From Octopus vulgaris (taxonomy: Eukaryota): 64,000 nucleotides of DNA. This document shows positions 53,270 to 64,000 of the stretch, one piece after another. The notes below the pieces were generated by a model, which was not told the origin of the DNA, did not search any database, and saw only the letters and a list, made by a program, of their open reading frames with translations. The stretch spans positions 125,178,001 through 125,242,000 of the forward strand of contig OX597816.1 in NCBI GenBank assembly GCA_951406725.2, read 5' to 3'. Made by a program: the position numbers and the translations under genes. The first letter of the stretch is position 1; each line of letters begins with the position of its first letter.

Positions 53270-54810
53270 TTCTATTTAAAATATATTAGAGTTTTGCTTT
53301 TTTAGTAAATACAAGATAGACCTAACTCTATACGGTTATTCTATACGATTTTTATTTTAAATATTTAAGAGTCTTGATTTTTGAGTGAATACAAGAGGGC
53401 CTAATTCAATACGGTTATTTAATAGTTCTTTTGCTATGCTTTAAAATTTCATGTCTCCATGGAGCAGAGTTGGCAACCTACCCTGTTATTTCTATAAGGT
53501 ATCGCCCTTCTAACTATTTCCCATTTAAGGTTATATTTAATATTATTATTTTTGAGTTCCCAGACCTTACTGGAAAGTGTGGTGCAACCAGCTTTATGAC
53601 GTAACTTAAATGAGGAGATATGATTGCTAACACGTTGCTTAAATTTTATAGTACAACCCAAATAAAAACATTTGCTATTCTCAGTAGTTATAGTACATTT
53701 ATAGATTACGTTATGGACCCCACACAGACCAGGTGCCGGGCATTTTGACTTAATCCTACAATTACACCTAGGGGGATAATCTTCAGATTTAGAATTATTT
53801 AAGGATAGATATCTCATATTGCTGCTATTCAGATTATTATGAGTATAATTATCGTTATTATAGGTAATGTTGTTATCTAAAGCCGTGTTATCATTTATCG
53901 ATCCGCTTACACTATCATTTAGCTCTATAGCCATATCATAATTATCAACATTATTGGTATTGCTACTATTATTGCTTGTATTTATACCCGAATGCATATT
54001 GCTGTTATAGATATCAATGTTATCTTCATTCCCGATATTATCTCTATTTGCATTGCTCATATTATTATCATTATTATTCCTATTAATATTAATATTAATA
54101 TTAATATTATCATTTATTCCATAGTTATTGATGCTACCCTTGTTTTGATAATTACTATTATTGTTGTTATTATTTTTATTTTTGATAATATTATAACAAT
54201 TATTATTGGTATTCATGTTGATATTAGTCCTATTATTCCTGGCTAACTTAATGCTTTTATTATTAATTTTAGCTATTATAGTGGACATATTTGGGAGGGT
54301 TGAATAAGAAATCTTAACCGTTCTTTTAGAAATTATTCTATGATATTTATGAGAGGCTGGAAAATTTTTTTATAGAATTAATTTGAATCTGCCGTGTATA
54401 TCCGATAAAATCGCACAGTTGAAAGGAATATTCAGCCAGATTGTATCTTCCTTATTATATTTTCTTAAATTAGAATTAGGGTTAGTTGAATTATTGCTGA
54501 TCCCACCAGAGCTATTATATTTATTACTATTATTTGTATGCTTTTTTTATTTATCTAAACTAGTTTTATCTGGTCTTTATTTTTATTCTTATGATTTGGC
54601 TTGCACACTGGATTTGTTGTCACCGTAAATCTATTTCTACTTTTATTTCGGACGTGATCTATTTTTTTGTTTACGTAGTTACTGCTCCCTCCATTATTAG
54701 GAATATGTAAGCTCTCCTTATCAATAAAGGTAATCTTTTGGTTGTATCCTGCCTTAGATAAGGCTGCATTATAATGCTCTGAGTGAGAGTTATAAATCTT
54801 AAATTCCTGC
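53270..54810 (-). pseudogene. PLE (Nematis-like) C-terminal half: RT thumb end, linker, Asn-rich inserts, GIY-YIG endonuclease
   Basis: YNAALSKAGY; IWLNIPFN; NFPASHKY..TVKISYSTLPNM; CNCRIKSKCP..VIYKC..YLGCT..FKQRVSNHISSF..TTLSSKVWELK..CQLCSME. Confidence 0.9.
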
Positions 54811-55313
54811 AACACTGACCTAGATTTTCTGTCACCACAGAAACAAACTAACCTTTGTAGGTAGTGTACTTACGCCGTCTTATTCCCCTACCCCCTTCCT
54901 CTCATAATGTCCTTATTTGGGCGGTTTCTGCTTCACTGACTTCTTTTGCGACTTCTTTTAGCCACTATAGCCAATCTCTTCTTCCAACAACGTTGTTGTG
55001 AAATGAATAGATGTGTGATCAACATCTTCTCCTCATATATCAGGAAATTACATCTGCATTATTATGGATACATTCATCTTCTCTGTGAATAAAGTCTTTC
55101 CTCATATCTCCGGAAATTACACCTGCATTATTATGGATGGATTTACCTTTTCTGAGAAGCTAAAAATCTTTTTAAAAACCTTTTATAAAACTGTGCACCA
55201 TTAGAAAACATTTTAAGTCTGCTTACAATCTAACTTTGACTTTCATAGAACTCTCTTCGATACTTCATGAGTGTAGTCTCACTCCCTAGGATGTTTGGAA
55301 AACTCACATGTGT

Positions 55314-55402
55314 TTTGGCTGATGAATACGGGACACTTGTATTTGCTGCAATATTTGCAGCTTTAAATAAATCTGTTCTTCGTATGAAACAATTGTACTG
55401 AA
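55314..55402 (+). ncRNA. type I hammerhead ribozyme with long stem II
   Basis: TTTGG-CTGATGA-ATACGGGACA..GCTGCAA tat TTGCAGC..TGTTCttCGTAT-GAAAC-AATT-GTA-CTGAA. Confidence 0.75.
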
Positions 55403-55432
55403 CAACTAATCCATTCTTGTTGCCTTTTTCTT

Positions 55433-55500
<68 letters not shown>

Positions 55501-56302
55501 AGGTGCATTCCGTTAGGAATATAATAGAGTACAAAATAAAGTTCGTTCAACATTCGAATTACCAAATAGCCGGTAGTATTACAGTGTACTTACAAGTCTA
55601 GGTTTAGGCAATCTTCGAGAGTGAAAATAATATTGAATTAGATAGAGTCAACAAAATTTGGTATGGTTGGACAGTTGTTTAATAATCAATTCACTTGTTT
55701 CCATACAACATAGGTCCACATATGCTAGCTGAATTTCTTCAGGTGATATACAATTGTTGTCTCCGTTAGTTACAAAAGCATCGACTTTGTCCTACTGAAA
55801 TTATATTACACCATGTCAAATCATTATTTTCATGTTTGAATCTGATTTATGCTTCTAACTTTGATTCAAATATACATGTTCTATTCATAGATATTGCCAG
55901 GATGTTGATAGTTATTTAACATTTATAATATAACGGCGTGATGTTCGTAATAATTTGGCATTTAAAAAATAACGAAATATTACAAAATTACTAACCTGAG
56001 TCATCCATCAGAACAAATTTCTATGGTAATGTTTTAAAACTCTCATATATTTCTAACCAAAATTCCAGTACTTTTGGTCAATGAATAATATTGATATAAT
56101 TAATATTTGCTTGAAATATGTAGATCTACATTTTAGATTCATCTTAATCCATATACCATAAAATGGATGAGGGGCAACTATTTTTTAATGCAAATTTTGC
56201 AATTGCTTGTAATATACGAATTTAACAATGTGATAATTTTGAGTGTACTGTTCATACACGCACGCACTTACGTACATGCATATATACAAATACATGCATA
56301 TG

Positions 56303-56357
<55 letters not shown>

Positions 56358-56423
56358 ATATACATATATATATATATGCATGTATGCATGTTTATATATA
56401 TATATTATATATTTATATATATA

Positions 56424-56640
56424 GTAAATCCCAAAAGATAAACGAAGAACAAACACAAAAAGCACAAAAAACAACAACGCGAGAACGTGGTAGATATAAA
56501 GTATTAGCAGACGCTCAGGGAAGGAAAGAAAGGTAGTTTTACATTTCGAGCAAAGCTCTTTCTTCAGAAACAGAGGAAAGCCCGATAAAAAAGAAAGACG
56601 GAGGGGGAAATCGCCAGGTATTCACATGTGGTTACATTTT
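56424..56640 (-). mobile_element. short PLE-type element with hammerhead at 56536-56571
   Basis: GTTT-CTGAAGA-aa-GAGC TTT GCTC-GAAAT-GTA-AAAC; 3' end abuts (TA)n. Confidence 0.65.
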
Positions 56641-56649
56641 TTATTTAAA

Positions 56650-56847
56650 TGTACATTAATGTGAAACAAGGTGGGAAAATAGTAATTGAATACCGGAGGT
56701 AGCGTAATATGCTTTATTAATAAAGCGGCAAAGACATCATGAAAACCTGTTACTCAGAGTTTCACGCTCCCATTTTCAGCCAAAACAGTCCGACAAACGG
56801 GAACGTGAAAACCTGAGTAACAGTTTTTGTGATGTCTTTGCAATTTT

Positions 56848-56856
<9 letters not shown>
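56650..56856. mobile_element. head-to-head inverted PLE-type termini
   Basis: ~58-bp arms at 56713-56771 and 56799-56856; degenerate CcGACaA-ACG GGAA CGT-GAAA core. Confidence 0.55.
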
Positions 56857-56922
<66 letters not shown>

Positions 56923-59164
56923 ATGTATAGTAATCTTTAACAAGGATAAAAGTGACAGTGTCTTCGAAGTTTCGGACATCTAAGCCATCATCAGACTATA
57001 ATGCATTAATTTAATATTGGCTTTATATTGTCTCTGATGAGATAAAATTTAAATGCTGGACTAAACTTTAACCTTTACATTGCCATAAAAAAGTATCAGA
57101 TCGAATAAAACCAAAAATAACTAAAACCTATAATACATCTACTGCCCAAAATCCTCTTGTACCTACATACATCTATTCTGTGAATCTTTAAAAAATAATC
57201 CCATGGCCTGAAACTGAGACACCTAAATGTACACACCTGTCTACAAATTCTATATATTAATGAAGAAAGCAAAATAGAAACTATTGAGCAATTTGAACTA
57301 GCTAAAGGTATCCTGGTGGCAGTATTGAACGGGAGCACTGACTAATCAAATCTTCCATTGCAAATAAAGATTTAACATACATAAACATTTCCTAATATCG
57401 TTTGAATTAGGATGGTATAACATAGATATCACTTCATTATAACGTATGCGAGACACCCTAGTTATTTATACCTTCAACGGATATAAAATGTTTATTTGAT
57501 GTAGCATATCTTCGTTTCTGAAATATTCTATAAAATACAGTGTATAGACTCATAATTTGTTTACGAAGTATTGATATTATTTATTAATCAACTTTCGTTA
57601 TGCGATGTGAACAATTGGTATATCGAAATAATGTAACGCTTAAATATATCCACATATATACTATATTATACTAGACAGACATTTTTATTGGAGTTCATGA
57701 AAACTAGGTATGTTCAAGAATAAGGTAAATGGAAAGCAATTAAATTTATTACAATTCTTTGGTTTTGTAGAACTGGGTGGAATTAATTGGAACAATGTGA
57801 AACAGGCCATTATTATCTGATTTGATAATATGCGTATCTTAGTTAATTACGAATCGCCTGACTGTAAGCTAATATATAATTCTATTTATTGATAATTCTA
57901 TAGTTTACTCATAATAAGAAATTTAATTAATGGAATTAACATTTTGGCTGTATAACCTAATTATGAATTCCTTAATTAGGCTCAAAGTCACACTTCTTTA
58001 GTAAAGTGGAATGTGACTGTGTGATGTCCATGCATTTTGAGGGGCATAAGAAGAGTAATTGCTATAGACTTAAAAACGAAATTGGTTCGTAAATTTTACT
58101 TGCCTACAGCTTTTTGTGCAAAAGTGCATAATATGTTTTGTTTTTAAATTTTTTTAGAATCTTTGCAAAGATTTATTTCAAACTTTGCAATCAATAACTG
58201 AATTTTGTTGAATTAAAATCCGTCATTTTAATTCCTTCATGCATTTCTATCATAATTACTGTTATAACTGCCGTATATCTATAATATTTACTCGTTGTTG
58301 CTGTAGAAAGTTCATAAAATATGATTAATAGGTCAGTCAATGATGTTAGGTTCATTAAAGTAAACTATAGAAATAATTAAATTATAAAACCAACCTCTTC
58401 TAAGAGAGAATTATGGCTATTTATATAAATGTATATATAGTAGCTTTATATTATAAATGTTTGGATAAACATTTTATTTAGGAAAAAATAGGTATTCAGT
58501 GCAAGCAGATGATCTTTAAATACTATTCCGTTGAATACTTTTAAATCTTGCATCTACAACTACTCTTGTTGTGGTTGTTACGGTGGGTTGAGATCAGCCT
58601 CAATCAGCCTACTGACACATTAAATGTATTCACTCATTCAATCGTTTAAAGAAATATAATGCAACCAAGGAACACCGTGCTGAGGTCCAGCATGTTTACA
58701 ACTTACGCGGTCTATGAAACTGCCCAAAACCTTAAAGATCACATACCTTATGTTTGCTAACAGAAGAATTCCAACATGATATGATAAAACAGATATGGTA
58801 TAATAAACAAAGCAAGTCAGAAGCAGGAAATAAACATCATATTTTCAGGACATTGATAAAATAAATGTCATGAGTTTAGAAAAAACAGAGCACGGTGGGA
58901 GTTAATTTGTGATAAATGTTCCAGCTCTTTTCATTCTGAGTACAAATTCCAGCTTGATCTGTATGAGCGATAAGCGTAATATGTCATTCAGTTTTGTCTA
59001 CGCTTTGGTCCTTGTGTGTCTTTTGTGGTTGTACAGCCTCCGACAAGTAAAGGGTAAAGATTCTACATTGAAGATATATTCCCTCTTTTCCACCACAGTT
59101 ATATGCCCTGTAAACAGACCAATTACATTAGAATTCAATTACGTATATTTTTCTTACTTCAGCG

Positions 59165-59335
59165 CAAAGCCAGAAATTAGGAGGAGTGTGTAAGTCGAAT
59201 ACATCGACTACAGTGTTCAAAGTATGTAAGGCAAAGTCGATCACAGCGGAATTTGAACTCAGAACGTAAAGCCAGACAGAATACCGCTACACATTTTGCC
59301 CGGTGTTGTAACGATCCTACTAGCTTGCTGCCCTA
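59165..59335 (-). mobile_element. SINE family A
   Basis: Minus strand reads TTTACGTTCTGAGTTCAAATTCCGC..GACTTTGCC. Confidence 0.8.
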
Positions 59336-60071
59336 AACTCAAAGGATGAATTCACTCTCTTCTGAAATTCGAAAGCAACCTTATTATTCTTGACCATATT
59401 TTGAGTTCCGTTTTAAATTTGGCAAAAACTTTGAGTCATTTATTATTTAACTAGGATGTGAACTCAGATCACAGAATTCAAACATAAATGTTGCAAGTTT
59501 TTTTTTTCATTTGTCTGAGCTGTAAAATACTTTGCAAATACTCTACCATAATTTAACAACTTTACCATCGTCTAAAAACACCAATCTTACAACTTCATAC
59601 ATGATAAATTTTGTGATATTAGTATCGTACTCAATCCACTGGGAAACAATTTCCAGGATTTCAGGTGGTACTGACAAATGTAAAAACAAACTTCTTCAAA
59701 CTAAACTTAATTCACCTTCTTTGCATAGAATTATAAATATAAATCATCAAACGTGCAAATATTACGTGCAGGTGTTAGATTCCACTATTTGAATATTTGT
59801 AGGTCATACGTAGCTAGTGAGCGGTTTTTTATCCTTCATTTTCAGCTGTTCTTGTTTGCTTTAGTGAAAATCAATAAATAAAAAGTTGTTTGTTTTTTAT
59901 TACGTACTAGGTAAATATGTTTGCGTTAAAGGTAACAAGAAGCATTCGTCATAAGGGTAAAATTTTCTTATATAATGATCTCTTAAACCCTTCTTCACTA
60001 CAACATTTGATCGCTGCAAGAAAGGTAAAATATGGTCGTCTTTATCATATTTATATGTTCATTATTAATCA

Positions 60072-60110
60072 CTAGCAGAAAGACCGCCTTCCGAGCGGTT
60101 TTCTGCTGGT
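60072..60110 (-). mobile_element. Helitron-like 3' terminus (hairpin plus CTAG|T)
   Basis: Minus strand ACCAGCAGAAAACCGCTCGGAAGGCGGTCTTTCTGCTAG|T; the 5' end of the element was not located. Confidence 0.5.
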
Positions 60111-61521
60111 CACTTGGTAATATTTTCACATTTGGTCGCAATTCTAATGATTTTTATATTATGTTACGTCTAATTATTTTTGTATAATAGTGCTCACTTG
60201 CTTAGTAAGTATTTCCTTCATTATTCTATCAGTCATAATCTCTCTGTTTTTAAACAAACGTCACGTTAGTCCAGCAACAGTGTGAGAAGCAGTTTGTCAA
60301 GTTTTACCTTCCCCTCAACACAACAGAGATTTCAGTTCAGCAGCCCATCTATAAGCTTTACAATGTGTTTCAGAGAGAGAAGGTTTTCTGCGATTTTACG
60401 CCACGTCCACCTTCAGATTGGCCTAAAATACGGTTTCTTTGAAATTTGGACTGTTCCAAGGCTTCTTTTGTATGTAGCATGTTTAAACAATCACATATAG
60501 GGCCTGAAACATAAAAATATCCATTGATAAAAAATATAAACATTTTCAAGCTCAAATAAACATAAAACAATGTTTAATGCAGTGTCTATGTACTTCTGTC
60601 ATGACTGTGTATATGTTGAATGTTTACTGTTGTACGCTAGTCTCAACTGTACTAATAACCATTTCAGTCTATCTCAGACAGTTCAAGGGTGAAAACTTTA
60701 GCTGGAAGAATCTTTTAGGAGTCGTAGTTTCGTGTTTGTCACTTCAGGCGTGTATAATGGCAGAAAAAGTGTGATTTACATAAATCACAAGATTCACATA
60801 AATCGGACCAAGAATAGCGTATGTCGATGTCGAACAATGGATCACTGATATACTGACATTACTGCTACAAAATCTGTTAGTCCAGTTGTCTTCTGTCCAG
60901 GATGGAATATATATGCCACGGAGGCCAGGAGACTAGCACTTTCGAGACAAGCACTTTCAATCTGTATGAAATATATAGACATATGTTTGTGTGTGTGCCT
61001 GTGTGTGTTTGTGTTTGTATGTGCGTTCGTATGTGTGTTTGTGTGCGTATGTATTTATGTGTGCATATATATGACCCAGGAACATTCTTAAACTCAAAGA
61101 AAGAACTTTTTAGCCGGCGCTTTTACCTTAAATGTGCCCTCCTACAAGCTTAGAAACCCCTCCCCCCACCAGGTGTTTGATTAAAAAAACGAAAAGAACA
61201 CAAGCATCTTAGAATATTGTCGCCGGCGAAGGTGATGTAGAGGATGTATTCCAGTATCGCATATGGAGAACCAAGCTCGAACTTTGTGTGTATTCATATA
61301 TAGTTTTCTATATATAGTTTACTATGGAACCTTGGGGCTCTCTGTCTCTATTTAATGAAAGGCGGTATGTGTCACCAGAGATTTGAGTCAGAAGCGACGC
61401 CTATTCATCTTAGCGATTGATGGGTTCGAAGGTTCGAAAGCAATCACTCTCTGACTAACCATAATAACCAAACTTAATAATAAATAATTAAGTATTTTGT
61501 TTATTTTCGTAAACCTTCCCG

Positions 61522-61575
<54 letters not shown>

Positions 61576-62054
61576 GTATATATATGAGGGTGTAATACGT
61601 ATGTATATTTGTAAGCGTAATTTTGATTTGGATGTTCCATTGGTTAAAGGTGTTTCCAATTCTATTTCAGATATCTTTCTCCAAGTGATAAACGATGAAT
61701 TCCAAAATAATCTTCTTCTGTCTGCTTGTTGCAGCCACACAAGTATATTCTATTAACAATGAGGAAATATGCTTTGGAAGATGCTTAGCTTGTTATCAAG
61801 TCAGCTCAATGTATTGTGTAATGGACATAAAGAGACCAACAAGCGTTGAAGGTTGCATTAAGTATGTATAGCGTTTTGAATGGAAATTCACCTCATTAAA
61901 AATACCTGTATTCATTAATATTAAAATATCATTCATAATTTAGGTTTAACGTAATTGATACACGCACACACGCATGCACACACACGCATGCACACACAGA
62001 CACACACACACACATATATATATAATCCATAATATCGTACAAACAAGTACGTAA

Positions 62055-62201
62055 ATTATTTACATTTGTCCTCATCTTGTTTGTTGAATGTGGAACCTGG
62101 GTTCTCATTCCTAACGTATTTTTCGATGTTATCATTATCATAATAATGCTTGGAATCGAACTCGGCATCTTGGGGTTAGTAGTCCATGCTCTTAACCATT
62201 A
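62055..62201 (-). mobile_element. family H, copy 3 (hammerhead deleted), fused to a PLE RT
   Basis: TAATGGTTAAGAGCATGGACTACTAACCCCAAGATGCCGAGTTCGATTCC..CATCGAAAAATAC..GAGAACCCAGGTTC..CAACAAACAAGATGAGGACAAAT. Confidence 0.85.
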
Positions 62202-62610
62202 GAGCGGATAGTATACTTTTGAGGTAGTTGTTGCTTAACAGATCATTATTGAGCTTGATCATTTCTTCGTGGTGTGTTTCAGGATCACTACTTATATTCT
62301 TTCCACGATGTTTTAGGCACTGAGAAATCCCTCTCTTTACACTGTATGGATAGTGGGAATTGAAGTTGAGGTATAGTCCAGTAAATGTCGGCTTGTGGTA
62401 TACGGATGTTCTGAATCCATACTTGGTGCGTTTTATTAATACGTAGGCATGCCAGCTGATTGCCATCAACATATAGGTGTCATCAACATATCGTAGCCAT
62501 GTTGTTGGTTTTAGTGGTGTTGATCCTAAAACCAAACTCTCAAAGTATTCCATGTATATATTGCCTATTACCGGTGATAATGGCGAACCCATAGCAAAAC
62601 CCTCTGATGT
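62202..62610 (-). pseudogene. Penelope/Poseidon-type reverse transcriptase fragment
   Basis: EGFAMGSPLSPVIGNIYMEYFE..WLRYVDDT..FRTSVYHKPTFTGLYLNFNSHYP..KRGI. Confidence 0.92.
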
Positions 62611-63665
62611 CGTTACATAACAACTTCCTATGTTTCATCCATCAGTCTTCTCAGCAGATTCGAGAATAGAGTCGTGGTCTTCTTGCATTTTATGTTTACG
62701 GCATCAATAAATACAACAAAAGCCCGAAACAATAGATCAGCATAATTACTAAACAGCAGACATGATGTTTTATGGTAGCCTCCTTCATCGATTCTTTGAA
62801 GCAAACAGGCTGTGCACAATGTGAATTAAGGCATTAAACAGAAATATAAATTAGATGATGTCATATATTATGCCTTCATTTATTGTTTAGTACAAAGATT
62901 TTCGGTTGGCCCACAATGTAGACAACAAGAAATGGAACAATCTGATCTGTGCTCAAAAAAGAAATGGAATTGTGGTAGCGTACACAAACAGGAATCTGCT
63001 GGGTAATATACTTTATTGATGTAGCAATGTTGTTGATATAGCAGCAACATCCTAAGTATGCAGTTTTAGTTGAATATTCATTTCTGTTAATCTTTTAAGA
63101 TAGTTCTGATTTCTAATATTTTCAGGCTTGTCAACGCAGTACAGTCGTGACAATGTTGAAATGTCACATCAAAAAATTTACAAATATTTTGTTATCTAGT
63201 ATTTTGACGCTAGTGGTATCTAGTATATTGCACGGGTTTAAGTGTCAACCGTGGGTTGTACGATGCAGTATTGCTTTTGATGCGTGATAAATATGATATA
63301 AATGTGATTCTGTGTAGTTCATCACCAGGACAGAAATTGAATATCGATAGCATTTCTCAAGCTTAAATATCGAGGGAAAATATTCGCGTTATCGAATGTT
63401 TTCCCACATTTAATTTCCATCCCAAATATATTGTTAAAGTTTGTTGGAATATTATTTTTTTTAAATGCTACAAAACAATTTAAACAATTTGACAGACGTC
63501 TTTCTCTGGTTAAGAAATGTACTTCTCAACCACATATTTTCTAAGTGGCTTTATTACAAAGAAACTGTATGGATCTCTTCTTGTACACATGCACACGCAC
63601 ACACACACACAACAAGCACATATATTTATACATCTAAACATACCTGTACGCAGACGTATACACAT

Positions 63666-63725
<60 letters not shown>

Positions 63726-63747
63726 GTATGTGTATATATATATATAC

Positions 63748-64000
63748 AGGATCAGATGGAGGATTTTCCACCATGAGAAATATAATAATAAAATAAACCA
63801 ACAACACACTGGGGAAACGATCCGTAATAGAATTGGAAGCACCTATGAAGAAATATTAAAACTAACAGGCACTACATTTAAATCTAGAAAGTCTCCTCCA
63901 CCAAATATACATCTAGACAATTTTGAACAAGAACTATGGGAGACTGTAAAAAACATAAAATTTAGAAATCATCCTTTAAGATATAACCCGCACCAAAGAG
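63748..64000 (+). mobile_element. PLE (Nematis-like) N-terminal ORF fragment, open to the window edge
   Basis: Stop-free frame RIRWRIFHH...FKSRKSPPPNIHLDNFEQELWETVKNIKFRN; starts right after (TA)n; absent from the ORF track. Confidence 0.75.

Noticed and set aside
55029-55170. ~69-bp tandem duplication
   Set aside because: Two diverged units with no further structure; an ordinary local duplication
61234-61525. Possible solo LTR (TG start, AATAAA near the end)
   Set aside because: No terminal CA and no TSD; the end is lost in (TA)n
3120-63842. Many ORFs rich in YIYI, HTHT, CVCV, MYVC, poly-R, poly-T, poly-M or poly-L
   Set aside because: They are translations of stop-free microsatellites, not genes

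Overview
AT-rich, microsatellite-dense eukaryotic DNA with no intact host gene that I can support. The SINE families look like those of Octopus (coleoid cephalopod); this is recognition from memory, not a database result. Almost all non-microsatellite sequence is decayed mobile DNA: tRNA-derived SINEs, R4/Dong-like, RTE and CR1-group LINE remnants, Gypsy integrase fragments, mariner, Merlin and Chapaev3-like DNA transposons, and Helitron/HINE-like elements. The notable signal is a Penelope-like element (PLE) assemblage. It comprises five PLE ORF fragments (N-terminus, RT, linker, GIY-YIG) and about ten type I hammerhead ribozyme (HHR) motifs, ranging from near-intact to degenerate, in short non-coding elements that mostly abut (TA)n tracts. 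One family (three copies) joins a tRNA-like Pol III head to a minimal hammerhead. Two copies carry a PLE-style inverted tail copy at the 5' end, one of these has an 11-bp TSD, and the third copy is fused co-directionally to a Penelope RT fragment. It is a candidate Penelope-mobilised, ribozyme-bearing SINE. Coordinates were counted by eye and may be off by a few bases.
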